Shown here one piece after another: positions 1-12,111 of a stretch of DNA of 64,000 bases. Source of the stretch: Octopus sinensis (lineage: Eukaryota); contig NC_043003.1 of assembly GCF_006345805.1 (NCBI RefSeq), forward strand, positions 29,326,001-29,390,000, in the 5' to 3' direction. A program made the translations under genes and the position numbers. The notes beneath the pieces were generated by a model. It worked only from the letters and a program-made list of their open reading frames with translations, did no database searches and had not been told where the DNA came from. Position 1 is the first letter of the stretch, and the number at the start of each line of letters is the position of its first letter.

Positions 1-642
1 ACTCTGAGAGAATGTTTTTCCACAGATATCACAGTGGAATGGCTTCTCAACTGCATGAATATATTCATGCTGGGATAAGGCATTACGTGCAGAAAACGCT
101 TTGTTACAGGTTTTACACTGGAATGGTTTTTCACCTGTGTGAATACGTTTGTGTTTAGATAAAGCACTACTTTCAGGAAATGCTTTATCACAAAGCTCAC
201 AGTGGAATGGTTTCTCTCCTGTATGAACACTTTTATGGTAAAGTAAAGTATGTCTTTGAGAGAATGTTTTACCACAAATATCGCAGCAGTATGGTTTCTC
301 ACCTGTGTGAGTACGTTTGTGACACGATAAATTACCAATCTGAGAGAATGTCTTACCACAGATATTGCAGGTGTATGGTTTCTCACCTGTGTGAGTACGA
401 ATATGGGTAGATAATTGTCCCCTTTCTAAGAATGCTTTACCACAGATATCACATTGGTGTTGCTTCTTCTCCATATGAATTAGTTTATGTCGAACTGAAT
501 TTTTTTTCCTTGCAAATACCTTCCCACATACATTACAAGGATATGACTTTTTTCCTGTCTTTCCCTGAGTCTGTTGCAATATATCATTATCACAAGGTTG
601 TGTTTCATCACAAACCTGACTTAAACACAGCTTCTCATCCAT
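1..642 (-). CDS. C2H2 zinc-finger protein ZNF-A (5' part; truncated by window edge)
   Basis: Manual translation from ATG at 642 is open to base 1 (214 codons): MDEKLCLSQVCDETQPCDNDILQQTQGKTGKKSYPCNVCGKVFARKKNSVRHKLIH...; six complete CxxC-x12-HxxxH fingers with TGEKP-type linkers plus the start of a seventh. Missing from the ORF track because there is no stop in the window. Confidence 0.93.
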   Translation of the reverse strand, partial: MDEKLCLSQVCDETQPCDNDILQQTQGKTGKKSYPCNVCGKVFARKKNSVRHKLIHMEKKQHQCDICGKAFLERGQLSTHIRTHTGEKPYTCNICGKTFSQIGNLSCHKRTHTGEKPYCCDICGKTFSQRHTLLYHKSVHTGEKPFHCELCDKAFPESSALSKHKRIHTGEKPFQCKTCNKAFSARNALSQHEYIHAVEKPFHCDICGKTFSQS

Positions 643-1132
643 AATTTCTTCTGTTAGTCACACAACAATGCAAAAACATGTTCCTCTTTTTCCTTGTAAT
701 TTATAATAAAGACAGTTCCATTGTTAGTCTGAATAAATCTGAAAATATGTAACTGGAAAGAAATTCTATTACAACACATTTGGATAGAATCAAGTCCCAG
801 GAATCAATCTAGGAATGAGAAAGCATCACATAAAAGATCCCAAAACCTGCTCCAGTTCTCTCAATATCCAACTATGAAAACCATTTCACATGATGAGTTG
901 TGGTAAATTTTCTAGTATATTCAACATACAAATTCATCCAGTAAGCATTTCCAGTTTTACAGAAAATATCTGAAGTTAATATTGATTCAGAGAAACATTT
1001 CCCAGTAATTTAATCATCAACATTATACTTATATAGTGACATGTGTTCTTGATGATGCAAATTTTCAGTCTTTAAACTCAAATTTCTTGATGTATCTTGA
1101 GAGAAATTTTCATCTTTATGTCACCAGACACC
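643..1132 (-). other. 5' leader part of the ZNF-A coding exon (acceptor at 1133-1135)
   Basis: Polypyrimidine tract ending TGTTTCAG|GGTGTCTGGTGACATAAAG on - strand; homologous to 10826-11511 (-), 18760-19269 (+) and 30009-30202 (-). Confidence 0.65.
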
Positions 1133-2367
1133 CTGAAACACACAGATAATATACATAAAACACAGTTACATGTAAATGCAAAAGATACCAAAGACAAATA
1201 TCTTGGTCAAAATGCACAGTAAACCAAAATATAAACATTACCATAAATTAATAGTACAGACATGCCAAAATTAATGATGAGAACTTTCTCTAAGTATCTT
1301 TAGAAGAAAGACTGGGTAAGGAAAGGTCAAATGGACATAAATTCATAGCCTTTGTAAATCTTCCAAGAATTTGATTCAGTTGAATTCACAAGAGTTACAA
1401 ATCTCAGAATAAAGTTTGCATTAAAATGTTCAGTGAAGAGATTTACTGTAAAAACTATGAATGATCAAGGGAAGTAAGTTAGATGAATTGAGTGGAATTC
1501 AAACACAGATACTTTGGATGTTAGATGTAGAAGGGAAGAGGAAGAATATAGCATGTTTGTGCTTGTAGTGTCTTTTGTGAAGTGACCTTTTGCCAATATG
1601 TCAGATGGCCACTTTCAGGAGTGAGATTTGCAATGTGTAATGGCTTCTCTGCCCATGTTTTTGATTAGCACTGTAATGTGCCTTGGATTATGGCTAGGAC
1701 CACTCTGTCTTTTTCTTCTGTTATTTAATGTCTGTTATTCAATGTGTGATACATTTGACTACAATTTCTTTAACTAAGATGGTATAGAAATTAATTAAAC
1801 AGTAATTCAGTATAATTAATACTTATTCGGCAGTTTGAGTAAAAATGATTTCTCATTTAAGCATAAGGCCAAAATTTTAAAATATAGTGGTTTAGTCAAT
1901 TATGTTAACCAAGTTCTTGAATGGTATTTTTTTTCTATATCTATCCTGAAAGGATCATATGCAAAATTGACTGCAGAGGAATTTGAACTCAGAATGTAAC
2001 TAACCAAAAGATATACCACAAAATATTCTGTCAATTCACTACACTAATTTGGGTGAAAATAATAACATTCATCTTTAACCATCTTCTGAGGCTTATAAGA
2101 TACTGGTAAATGTATTTTCTTTGTAGGAACCAGAATGATGAAAATTACAGTTTACAGTTATCACGTAGGCACTTTAAATTTCTTTTAAAACATTTTATTA
2201 CATTTAAATTTCTATCTTACAAACTGAAAAGGGAGCTTGAGAAAATTAACTAAATTAGCATAGAATAATGGTTTCATGTTTTTTTTTTATAATTAAGATC
2301 TAAACTATTAATATATGAATACGAAGGAGATACTTGAATAACTGTAAACCTAATTTTTGGCCACCCT

Positions 2368-2409
<42 letters not shown>

Positions 2410-2438
2410 TTTATTTAAAGCAGCAGAAAATTCCACAA

Positions 2439-2713
2439 AATATCGTACCCCATCATTATCATGGCAACCATTCTAGCATGGTTAGAAGTTTAACATTCTG
2501 TTGGTAGTTACAAAATACCTTCGTATATACATTATAAACCGATGGGGCCATCAATACAACGGACTTCCTGTTAAGAAACACATGCATGTTTCCTCTCCCT
2601 CATCGTTTCTAATCTGTTCCTACTTCGATTTAACGGATTCCAAGCATTAACAGATAGTCCTTCCTCTACAAATCTGCAAAGTTGACGACTTTCTGCCTGC
2701 CGACTTCTCTAAA

Positions 2714-2774
<61 letters not shown>

Positions 2775-3008
2775 CCACAACTCATCATGTGAAATAGTTT
2801 TCATAGTTGGATATTGAGAGAACTGGAGCAAGTTCTGGGATCTTTTATGAGATGCTTTCTCATTCCTAGATTGATTCTTGGGACTTGATTCTATCCAAAT
2901 GAAGAGTTGTAACAGAATTTCTTTCCAGTTACGTATTTTCAGATTTTATTAAAACTGTTTGATGTAACAATATTTATTCAGAATAATAATGGAACTGTCT
3001 TTATTATA
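2439..3008 (+). pseudogene. Inverted, ORF-less remnant of a ZNF paralog (upstream region + (TA)n + 5'UTR fragment)
   Basis: 2439-2718 is the reverse complement of 3908-4197; 2774-3008 is the reverse complement of 702-904 (ZNF-A leader) at roughly 85-90% identity by eye; stops about 60 nt before the ATG equivalent. Confidence 0.7.
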
Positions 3009-3583
3009 TTTTTATATATATATAATTGCAGATTACGATTGCACTGAAATAACTTTAAGAGTTTCGAATCCTTCTCTCCCCCACCTGATATTTTCTCATA
3101 ACTCTCTTTAAAATGATTATTGTTTAATATCATTCTGCAAAATACATTTCGAAGAGTGTACAATGTGTAATATTTCAAAAGTAAAAATAATGATAAATGC
3201 CTGACTAATGGTAACAATACTGATGGTAACAATAAGTGAGCAGTGGCAGAAAGAACGATCCGAAGCACCTCCAAAACCTGTTTCTAAATTATTTTAACCA
3301 TAATTATAACCTAAGCTCACAGAAAAGTAACTTAGCAAAATTTCGCGATAAAATACGCATTTTTCACGAAGTTCTTCGGAACTAGATGTTCGCGGATATT
3401 TCACATAGTCGAGGTAAACTAGTTTTCTGGTAAATAACAGCAGACGTTATTAGAGGCGAATAGATTCCAGAAGTATGTATATACTGAAAACTAATCTGAA
3501 AACATTCATTTTCACATAAACACATAATTCTTATCACTTCTAACAAAGTATATTCCTTAAAAATATCGAAATTTTGGATCTTC

Positions 3584-3650
3584 ACTTACTTCTTTCTTCC
3601 ATTAAATACTAACAATAGCAATAGATATTTTTGCCATACTTTCGTATTTA
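3584..3650 (-). promoter_or_regulatory. Putative non-coding first exon/TSS region of ZNF-A
   Basis: TAAATACGAAAGTA (3650-3637) identical to 16891-16904; exon ends ATGGAAGAAAGAA|GTAAGT (donor at 3589); flanks align with 13200-13385 and 16890-17060. Confidence 0.5.
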
Positions 3651-4914
3651 AAATTAGGCTACAATAAATATAATTTTCATATATAATATATAAACATACA
3701 CCTTTTCTTGAACATTGTCATTTTATATGATTTTGCTGACAAATTTTAAAATTAACATAAACATTTATTTACATGAAAGAAAATCACCAGAGAACTCTCA
3801 TCCAACTCTTCCAAATCCTTCTGTCAAACTGTATTGAAACTATTTGTGGGGAAATTTTTTTTTATCTCAGCATCTGGTCGCACCCCACATATGATTTGCA
3901 CATTCGGTATCTTTTAGAGAAGTTGACAGGCGTAAAGTCGTCAACTTCGCAGATTTGTTGAGGAAGGACTATCTGTTAATGCTGGGAGTCCGTTAAATCG
4001 AAGTAGGAATGGATTAGAAACGATGAAGGAGAGAAAACATGCATGTGTTTGTTAACAGAAAGTCCGTTGTGTTGATGGCTCCATCGGTTTATAATGTATA
4101 TACGAAAATAAGAAGGTATTTTGTAACCGCCAACAAAAATGTTAAACTTCTAACCATGCTAGAATGGTAGCCATGGTAATGATGGGGGTACGATATTCGG
4201 CAACAACTTTTTTCAAACATTTGCCAAAGCCATAAACTACAATAAATTCCAAGCAACTAATAGTTACAAAGTTCAAGACTTAATGTTATAGATTCATACA
4301 TTCTAAATCATCCTACACCTCCCTGTAACTTCTTTGACATCTTTCACATCCTCTCCCACAACCATTTTTTTGCAATAGTTCTTTTTATAGAGCTTCTTGC
4401 AGACAACTATTCTCCTATCTATTCACTGATTAATTGAAACTGTATTAGAAACCAAGGAAACCATTTATTACAACCATCTCTACTAATTATCAAGAAGCAA
4501 TATTTATGTGGGGAAATCCTTGCAACATTTATCTATAACTGCCTTACATCAGGAACAAAGTGGTTGAAGAATCAATCAGAAATTACATGAAGGAAACCGC
4601 ACATTCTTTGAGTTGATCTATATTACAGATAATAAATCCATATCTTTAAGGGTGCATAGTTTCTTTGGTTTCTCTTCCACCAAGTGACTACTCTGCATAT
4701 TCTTTCTAACTTGTTTCAGTCATTCTTTAACTTATTTGTCAACCACTTCACTAATTTTTCTTTTTGTTTCTTTTTTTTCTCTTACTTTTCCTCACTCCTA
4801 TTTAATGCTTTCATTTCTCTTCCTTCCTATGTTGTTCAATGGAATGTTACCTTTCTGTTTGGTTTTCTCTTTCTTTTACCCCACTTAATAGAATTTCTCT
4901 GTTAATACAGAAAT

Positions 4915-5149
4915 ACTTATTTCTTTACTACCCCCAAGGGGCTAAACACAGAGAGGACAAACAAGGACAGACAAACGGATTAAGTCGATTATATCGACCC
5001 CAGTGTGTAACTGATACTTATTTAATCGACCCCGAAAGGATGAAAGGCAAAGTTGACCTTGGTATAATTTGAACTCAGAACGTGACGGCAGACGAAATAC
5101 GGCTACGCATTTCGCCTGGTGTGCTAACGTTTCTGCTAGCTCTCCGCCT
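4915..5149 (-). mobile_element. tRNA-derived SINE, near full length (family with CCTTTCATCCTTTCGGGGTCGAT core)
   Basis: tRNA-like head (GGCGGAGAGCTAGCAGAAACGTTAGC...GTTCTGAGTTCAAATT) on - strand; degenerate copies near 1930-2010, 6050-6190, 16655-16830, 23470-23740, 37290-37412, 45150-45270, 45555-45670, 49690-49830, 55440-55632, 61975-62600, 63250-63410. Confidence 0.8.
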
Positions 5150-5249
5150 TATCTCTGTTAATACAGAAATATCTTAATGTGTTGCTAAATGATATTTTAG
5201 CTATTTCACTTCTTGCAGTTTCTGCAGATATGAAATATTGTTCATACTG

Positions 5250-5500
5250 ACATCTCTATTTCATCATCAACATTTAACATCTGTTTTCCATGCTGGTATG
5301 GATTGGATAACTTGACAGAAACTAGCAAGGCCAGGATCCACACCAGGTTCCATAGTCTGTTTTGATTTGGTTTCTGCAGCCGGATGCCTTTCCTAGCTAC
5401 GGAGTGTACTGGGTGCTTATAATGTAGCACCATCACCAGTGCTTTTTACGAGACACCTTGGTTTTAGGATCTCAATTCTGTTGTGGTGGGCAGGTCTTTT
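5250..5500 (-). mobile_element. RTE-tailed SINE/RTE 3' end
   Basis: Reverse complement of the AGGAAGGGCATCCAGC...ACCCATGCTAGCATGGAAA...(GAT)n tail that is attached to the RTE ORF at 20412-21297. Confidence 0.65.
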
Positions 5501-6569
5501 CAAGTACAGCGATGCGCCACATATCTCAGAATTATTAAATCTAGCAAACAAACAAACACACTTCAAAGATATCCTAATAAAGTACTAAGTACTCAATGCA
5601 GAATTTATTTTACCCACAAGTTAGTTTATGTTTCCTTCACAGTTTAAATTGCTCTGGAAGTTCTCTATTTAGAATTTTCCTTCTTAACTCATATCTTTGC
5701 ATTGATTTCTTTTTGTCAAAGAAATATTGTCAGTAAATTTTCGAAACAGTTTCTGAAAAAAAAATCAATAACATTTAAGTCTTCCTTTTTCTGTTTTGCT
5801 TATTTTATTTAATTTTAAGTCAGAGAAAAAATAATAAACAAAGATGTTTAATAATACATAAATATTTATTCAACAAAGAATATACAAAGCAACGAATAAC
5901 ATTATGACTGATGTTTAAAATTAAATAATTAAGCTATGCGTGAGATGTATCAAAACTTATTTTGAAGTAAAAGAATGAGAAACAAGATGGTATATCCATG
6001 ACACAAGATGTTGTGAGTAGTACCAAGATCATAATGTTGGTTTCAAATTTTGGCACAAGATTAGTAATTTCAGGGGAGGGGCATACTACAACACTCCACT
6101 GATACTTGTTTCAAATGGAGTTTGAACTCAGAATATGAAATGCTGCCAAGTATTTTGTCTGATGAGCTAATGATTCTGCTATCTCTCTACCTGAAAAGAC
6201 CTTAATACTGAAAAATATTATAACCTAAGTGAAATGCCTAAATAATTGATTGATTGATTGATTGATTCCAGTTTCAGCTCATGAGCTGTGGCCATGCTGG
6301 GGCACCGCCATTTGATTGGAATTTTTAGGCAGATGCTACCACGTTCACAAGTATTTATTAAGATTAAGTAAAATTCTGACATTTTACAATATCATCCAAA
6401 TCAGAAGCGAGATAGATCTTTTTTGATTTAAAATTTTTTTAAAAATGGAGAAAATAATAACAAACATCAAGAAATGAAGATATTGAATTCTTTAGTGTAA
6501 TTAAATATTGTATGTGTGATGAAGTTACTTTAAATTTCAGTCTTGGAAATTAGGAAATAACATTCGAGC

Positions 6570-6810
6570 GAGGTCATTGCCAGTGCCGCTGGACTAGCTC
6601 CTGTGCAGGTGGCACATAAAAACACCATTTGAGCGTGGCCGTTGGCAGAACCACCTGACTGGCCCTCGTGCTGGTGGCACATAAAAGCACCCACTACACT
6701 TTCGGAGTGGTTGGCATTAGGAAGGGCATCCAGCTGTAGAAATTCTGCCAGATCAGATTGGAGTCTGGTGCAGCCATCTGGTTCGCTAGTCCTCAGTCAA
6801 ATCGTTGCCA
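6570..6810 (+). mobile_element. RTE-tailed SINE fragment
   Basis: GGTGGCACATAAAAGCACCCACTACACTTTCGGAGTGGTTGGCATTAGGAAGGGCATCCAGCTGTAGAAA matches 21105-21180. Confidence 0.7.
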
Positions 6811-7394
6811 TTTGTAAGGCCAAGTAAGTACTAGCTACTAAGGACACCTATCATGAAAGGCTTTCCTATAATAATAATAATCATATCTTCAGTTTTGTAT
6901 TGTATATGAAGGACAACTATCTAATGCATCTGCCCTTTTTTATAACTTTTCCTTTAATTTTTGATAGATTTGGTTGCTATTTCTCTTATGTAGTGAATGG
7001 TCACACATAGACAATTTAGTTATATTCAATATCTTGTAAAAGATGTCAAGGATATTGTTGTATAAATTTTGAGGGAATGCTTAGGCTTCTCTGTACACTG
7101 TTGTACTCTTTCAGTTTGTTCCAATTGAAATGTGTTCAATAATTCTCTCACCATAGTAAAGACCCCTTTTCAGTCATGAATGACCATGGTATTGCACCTA
7201 GAAAGTTCCCCTCCAAGGCACAAGTCTGGGCAAGGTTATTTTTATGGAAGACCAGCAGTCATCCATGCATACCAGCCTCACCTCTCAACACCACTGATGT
7301 TATCCAACAGAAAGGCAAAGGCCAATACAGCTTGGCACCAGTGGTACTGCAACTCACTTCTACAGCTTAATGAATTGGAGCAATGTGAAATTAC

Positions 7395-8150
7395 ATGGGA
7401 AAATGCGAGCAAGAGAAATAATATTAAGATGATAAATCTGGAAAAGTACAGGACAAGTTATTACATCTGGTAAAGTACAGAACAAGAAAATTTTTACTTA
7501 AAATATAGCAGCTAAGGATAAAATTAGATTTAGAAAATATTAGCTTTTATTAAAACTAAAAATTTTATTACCAGTTATTACTTCTATTTGTTACTACTAT
7601 TAAAAATAAAAAATAGCTCAAAATATTTTTTGTACTTTAAAAAAATTCATTTTTTAAATTATTAATTAATAATTAGAAATCTGAAAATGGATTATAAAAA
7701 ATAATAGTAGTACATAATTAGTTAGTACAATAAATAGAATACAAAAATTAGTTATATATTACAGTAAAATCCATCTATAATAACAAATTTACAATAAAAT
7801 TTGCATGAGTTATTGCCAAGTCTTTACATTTTTAGTCTTGACCCAATGCCTTTTACATAATGAATTTGCCTACCATATATATCATTCTACTTTGCATAAA
7901 ACTTTGGCTATATTGGTACTTCTGGCTCTCATTTTTTAAGTATTCTAGTGTGTCAATATTTTAACAAAAAGATGGTACCATTTTTAATCATAATGTTACT
8001 TGTAAATTAAAATCAAATAATTTTTAATATTCAAATTCTGTCCTTAGCTGTAAAATTTTATGTAAAAATTTTCATGTTCTGTACTTTACCAGAACTTTTC
8101 TAAGTGTAATATCTCTTGCTTGCATTTTTCCATGTAATCCATGTTTTTCC
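7395..8150. repeat. AT-rich degenerate inverted repeat (arms ~7395-7550 and ~8020-8150)
   Basis: TTACATGGGAAAATGCGAGCAAGAGA...CTGGTAAAGTACAGAACAAGAAAATTTTTAC...AGCTAAGGA pairs with the reverse complement at 8040-8140. Confidence 0.55.
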
Positions 8151-9382
8151 CAGGCTATGCTATTATGCTAATTAATAATGTGTTAATTAATAATTTAAGG
8201 TTTTACTTTATTGATAATTGAATAATGAATTTTATGAATTTCTAAATAATATTTTAATTTTTTCCATTTTTGTGATTGAATTATTATTATTAAATTAAAA
8301 TAAGAAGTTTTAATCTAAAAGAATAAAAATAAGATTTGTAATTCCTCAATCTTAGCTCTATCATTTAAGCTTAATTAAAATATAGTTTGTTTTTAAAATA
8401 TGAAAGTTAACTATACTAAATCTAATTTTTTGCCTTACTGAGAAATTCCTGTCACTGTAAACTGCTATGATTCTGTTTCTCATTTCAGATATTACGGGAC
8501 TGTGTTTACATGATATAACTGCATTAATTAATACAGATGACGTAATTAAACTAATTGCAAATTAGCAATGTCGTTCATAATTTTTTCCTTAACTCAATGA
8601 TGCTGGTGACATATATTAAAAGTCCTCTTATAGAACTATATTCATAAAAAAAAGTATAGAACTATATTATCATCCTGAAATTTGAGAAACAAACACTCAT
8701 AACTTCTTTCTTTTAAAACTTCATTGCATGAGACTGATACCATGAAATTCCTCAAATTGAGGAATTAAAATATAGTTTGTCTTTAAAATATAAAAGTTAT
8801 TTATACTTAAATCCAATTTTTTGCCTTCCTTATATTTTTTCATGATCTTTTACCTCAACTTTTTTGATACAAATTTTTGTTGCATGGGACCAAAACTATG
8901 AAATTCCTTATGTTTTCTTCTATCATTGAAGCTAAGATAAATATATTTTGTTTTTAAAATAAAAGAATTATTTAGATATAAACTTGATTGGAGGCATTAC
9001 TTAATCTCCTATAACATTGCTACAAATTTTTATGCAAACTTTTCTACTGGACCCAATCTCAATTTTTTTAATGCCAAAATTGTTAACAGTTTTCCATTTA
9101 GTTAAGAACTGAATTAGCGACAAACTCTAAAATATGATGCATGTGAGTAAATTGTGGCCTTAAGATTATTATTCAACAACAGCAATAGTTGAATGATAAA
9201 GTGTTTTGCTCAAGAACACAACACACAGGCCAGTCCAGGAATCGAACTCACTACCTATAGATTGTGAGCCTGATGTTCTAACTACTGAGCCATACACCTT
9301 CCCTTACCTTAGTGATTAGATATATAACTACAAAGAGAGATTCTTTGACTAGATATCACAATACCATTACAACAGCTTCTCT

Positions 9383-10825
9383 CTAGTGTGGATTTGTGCA
9401 AATACATTTGTGGTTTCTCAACCTGTTACTTAAAGTGAATGTTTTACCACAGATATCACAGTGGTATGGTTTCTCACCTGTGTGAATGCGTTTATGGCAA
9501 GATAAATGACCAGTTTGAGAGAATGTCTTACCACAAACATCACACTGGTATGGCTTTTCACCTGTATGAATACGTTTGTGACAAGATAAAGCACTTCTTT
9601 GAAAGAATGCCTTACCACAGATATCACAGGAGTACGGTTTCTCACCTGTGTGAATACGTTTATGCTTGTTTAAGAAACTGTTCTGAGAAAAAGTTTTATC
9701 ACATATATCACAGTGGAATGGCTTCTCTCCTGTATGATTACTTACATGGTATAGTAAAGATGTCCTTTCAGAAAACTGTTTACCACAGATATCACAAGAA
9801 TGTAGCTTCTCACCTGTATGAATACGTTTGTGGCGAGATAAATTGCCAAGCTGGGAGAACTTTTCACCACAGATATCACAGTGATAGGGTTTCTCACCAG
9901 TGTGAATACGTTTGTGGGAAGACAAAGTGCTCATTTTAGAGAATGAATTACCACAGATATCACAATGGTATGGTTTCTCACCTGTATGAGTACTTATATG
10001 GTAATGTAAAGAAGTTCTCTGAGAGAAAGCTTTACCACAGCTATTACAGGAATATGGCTTCTCACCTGTGTGAGTACGAATATGATAAGATAATCGCTTT
10101 CTTTCAAAGAATGTTTTACCACAAATATCACAGTTGAATGGTTTTTCTCCTGTATGAACTCTTATGTGATAACGTAAAGTAATGCTCTGAGAGAATGTTT
10201 TTCCACAGATATCACAGTGGAATGGCTTCTCAATTGCATGAGTATGTTCATGCTGCGCTAAGGCACTGTGTACACGAAATGCTCTACCACAAATCTTACA
10301 CTGGAATGGTTTCTCACCTGTGTGAATATGCATGTGTTTAGATAAGGCACTACTTTCAGGAAATGCTTTATCACAAAACTCACAGTGGAATGGTTTCTCT
10401 CCTGTATGAACACTTTTATGGTAAAGCAAAGTATGTCTGAGAGAGAATGTTTTACCACAAATATCACAGCAGTATGGTTTCTCACCTGTGTGAGTACGTT
10501 TGTGACATGCTAAATGACCAGTTTGAGAGAATGTCTTACCGCAGATATCGCAGGTGTATGGTTTCTCACCTGTGTGAATACGAATATGATTTGATAAATT
10601 ACTTTTACAAAAGAATGCTTTACCACAAATATCACAGTGGTGTTGCTTCTTCTCTGTATGAACTAATTTATGCTGAACTGAATATCTTTTCTTTGAAAAT
10701 ACCTTCCCACATACATTACAAGGATATGAGCTTTTCCCTGTCTCTTCCAGAGTCTGCTGCAAGACATTGTTATCTCTAGGTTGTGTTTCATCACAAACTT
10801 GCCTTTCACACAGTTTGTCATCCAT
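9383..10825 (-). CDS. C2H2 zinc-finger protein ZNF-B, 480 aa, 16 fingers (last finger H->C)
   Basis: ORF 9383..10906 in the track starts at a GTG; the first ATG (MDDKLCERQVCDETQP) is at 10825, matching paralog starts. Sixteen tandem fingers with TGEKP linkers; no KRAB/SCAN/BTB/ZAD N-terminus. Confidence 0.95.
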   Translation of the reverse strand: MDDKLCERQVCDETQPRDNNVLQQTLEETGKSSYPCNVCGKVFSKKRYSVQHKLVHTEKKQHHCDICGKAFFCKSNLSNHIRIHTGEKPYTCDICGKTFSQTGHLACHKRTHTGEKPYCCDICGKTFSLRHTLLYHKSVHTGEKPFHCEFCDKAFPESSALSKHMHIHTGEKPFQCKICGRAFRVHSALAQHEHTHAIEKPFHCDICGKTFSQSITLRYHIRVHTGEKPFNCDICGKTFFERKRLSYHIRTHTGEKPYSCNSCGKAFSQRTSLHYHISTHTGEKPYHCDICGNSFSKMSTLSSHKRIHTGEKPYHCDICGEKFSQLGNLSRHKRIHTGEKLHSCDICGKQFSERTSLLYHVSNHTGEKPFHCDICDKTFSQNSFLNKHKRIHTGEKPYSCDICGKAFFQRSALSCHKRIHTGEKPYQCDVCGKTFSQTGHLSCHKRIHTGEKPYHCDICGKTFTLSNRLRNHKCICTNPH

Positions 10826-10922
10826 AATTTTTTTTCCATTAAATACATAACAATACAAACATGTTCCAGTTTTTCTTTGTAATTTATAAATAAGAAATTG
10901 TTCCACAAATATTCTGAATAAA

Positions 10923-11280
10923 CAAAGAAATATATTCTTAAAGTATATAAACCATAAAAAACTCTTAACCCAGACTGAATCTTTTCCCAGGAATCAATTT
11001 GACAATGACATCAGGTGAAAGATCCCTTAATTTGTTCCAGTTCTCAATATCCAGCTATGAAAGACATTTCACTGAAGTCACTTCAGGAGTCATGGTAAAT
11101 TCAAAGAAATATATTCTTAAAGTATATAAACCATAAAGAACTCTTAACCCAGACTGAATCTTTTCCCAGGAATCAATTTGACAATGACATCAGGTAAAAG
11201 ACCCCTTAATTTGTTCCAGTTCTCAATATCCAGCTATGAAAGACATTTCACTGAAGACACTTCAGGAGTCATGGTAAATT
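10923..11280. repeat. 179-bp direct tandem duplication inside the ZNF-B 5' leader
   Basis: CAAAGAAATATATTCTTAAAG...GGAGTCATGGTAAATT at 10923 and again at 11102; about 4 differences; single copy in the ZNF-A and ZNF-C leaders. Confidence 0.9.
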
Positions 11281-11734
11281 TTCCAACTATATTCAACACG
11301 CAAATTCATCCAGTAAATGTTTTCTCAACTTCACAGAAAATATTTGAAGTTAATACTGATTCAGAGAAATATTCCACAGTAATTTAATCAACATTGTAGC
11401 TATATAGTGACATGTGTTCCTGACAAAATCATTCTTGAATCTTTAAAATAAATCAAACAAATTTCTTGCAGTAACTTGAGAGAGATTCTCATCTTTATGC
11501 CATCGAACACCCTGAAATATACAAATAAAATATATAAGACACAATTATACATCAATACATGGCAAATACATTTTCTTCTTGATTTTGGAGATCATTATTC
11601 TGAGTATGTCAGAAGGGAAGTTTGGCTGCTCAGAAACACCCTTAAATGAGCATATACACTAAATTCTCAAATAAAGTAAACTCAGAGATTTGAGATATCA
11701 TAGTGAGCTTTTACGTTTTTACAGTTAGTGTCAT

Positions 11735-11875
11735 AAGTTTGTTTCCCAACTACATGGTTTTAGGTTGTCTCACATTGTGGTACTTTGGGTAACTGTCTTC
11801 TGTCTATAGCCCCAAGCCAACTAAAGGCTTATTAAGTAGATTTAGAAGAGGAAAACTGAAAGAAGCTTGTCATAT
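11735..11875 (+). mobile_element. tRNA-head SINE fragment (second family, CTATAGCC...GAAACTGAAAGAAGC core)
   Basis: Similar to reverse complements of 27915-28070, 40570-40710, 56615-56775 and 60270-60420. Confidence 0.55.
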
Positions 11876-11894
11876 ATTTATGCTTTATGTTATA

Positions 11895-12111
11895 TGAAGG
11901 GGTGCTGATAAGTTCTGGGCTTTCGGTAAAAGAAAATATAGGAGAATCAGTTAATTATGATTTTATTCAACATATTCCCCTCTCTGGTTCACACACTTAT
12001 TGCAGTGGTCTTTCAGTTTTTCTAAGCCCTGTAAAAGAACTTGGAAGGTTAGGCCTCCAACCAAGCCTTTCATAACACCCTTAAAGCCAGGAACTTTTCA
12101 GTACTCCCTTG
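11895..12111. mobile_element. Mariner-derived MITE (~217 bp)
   Basis: TA|TGAAGGGGTGCTGATAAGTTCTGGGCTTT ... AAAGCCAGGAACTTTTCAGTACTCCCTTG imperfect ~29-bp TIRs of mariner type; in intron 1 of ZNF-B. Confidence 0.65.

Noticed and set aside
2439-4197. Pack-MULE-like element with 280-bp TIRs capturing a ZNF UTR fragment
   Set aside because: No TSD found, and the right arm aligns with ZNF-B upstream sequence, so it is better explained as native promoter plus an inverted paralog remnant.
10826-10906. N-terminal extensions of ZNF-B (MEQFL...) and ZNF-D (30009-30068, MKYFF...) in the ORF track
   Set aside because: They begin at GTG codons; the first ATGs align with the paralogous MD/EEKL starts.
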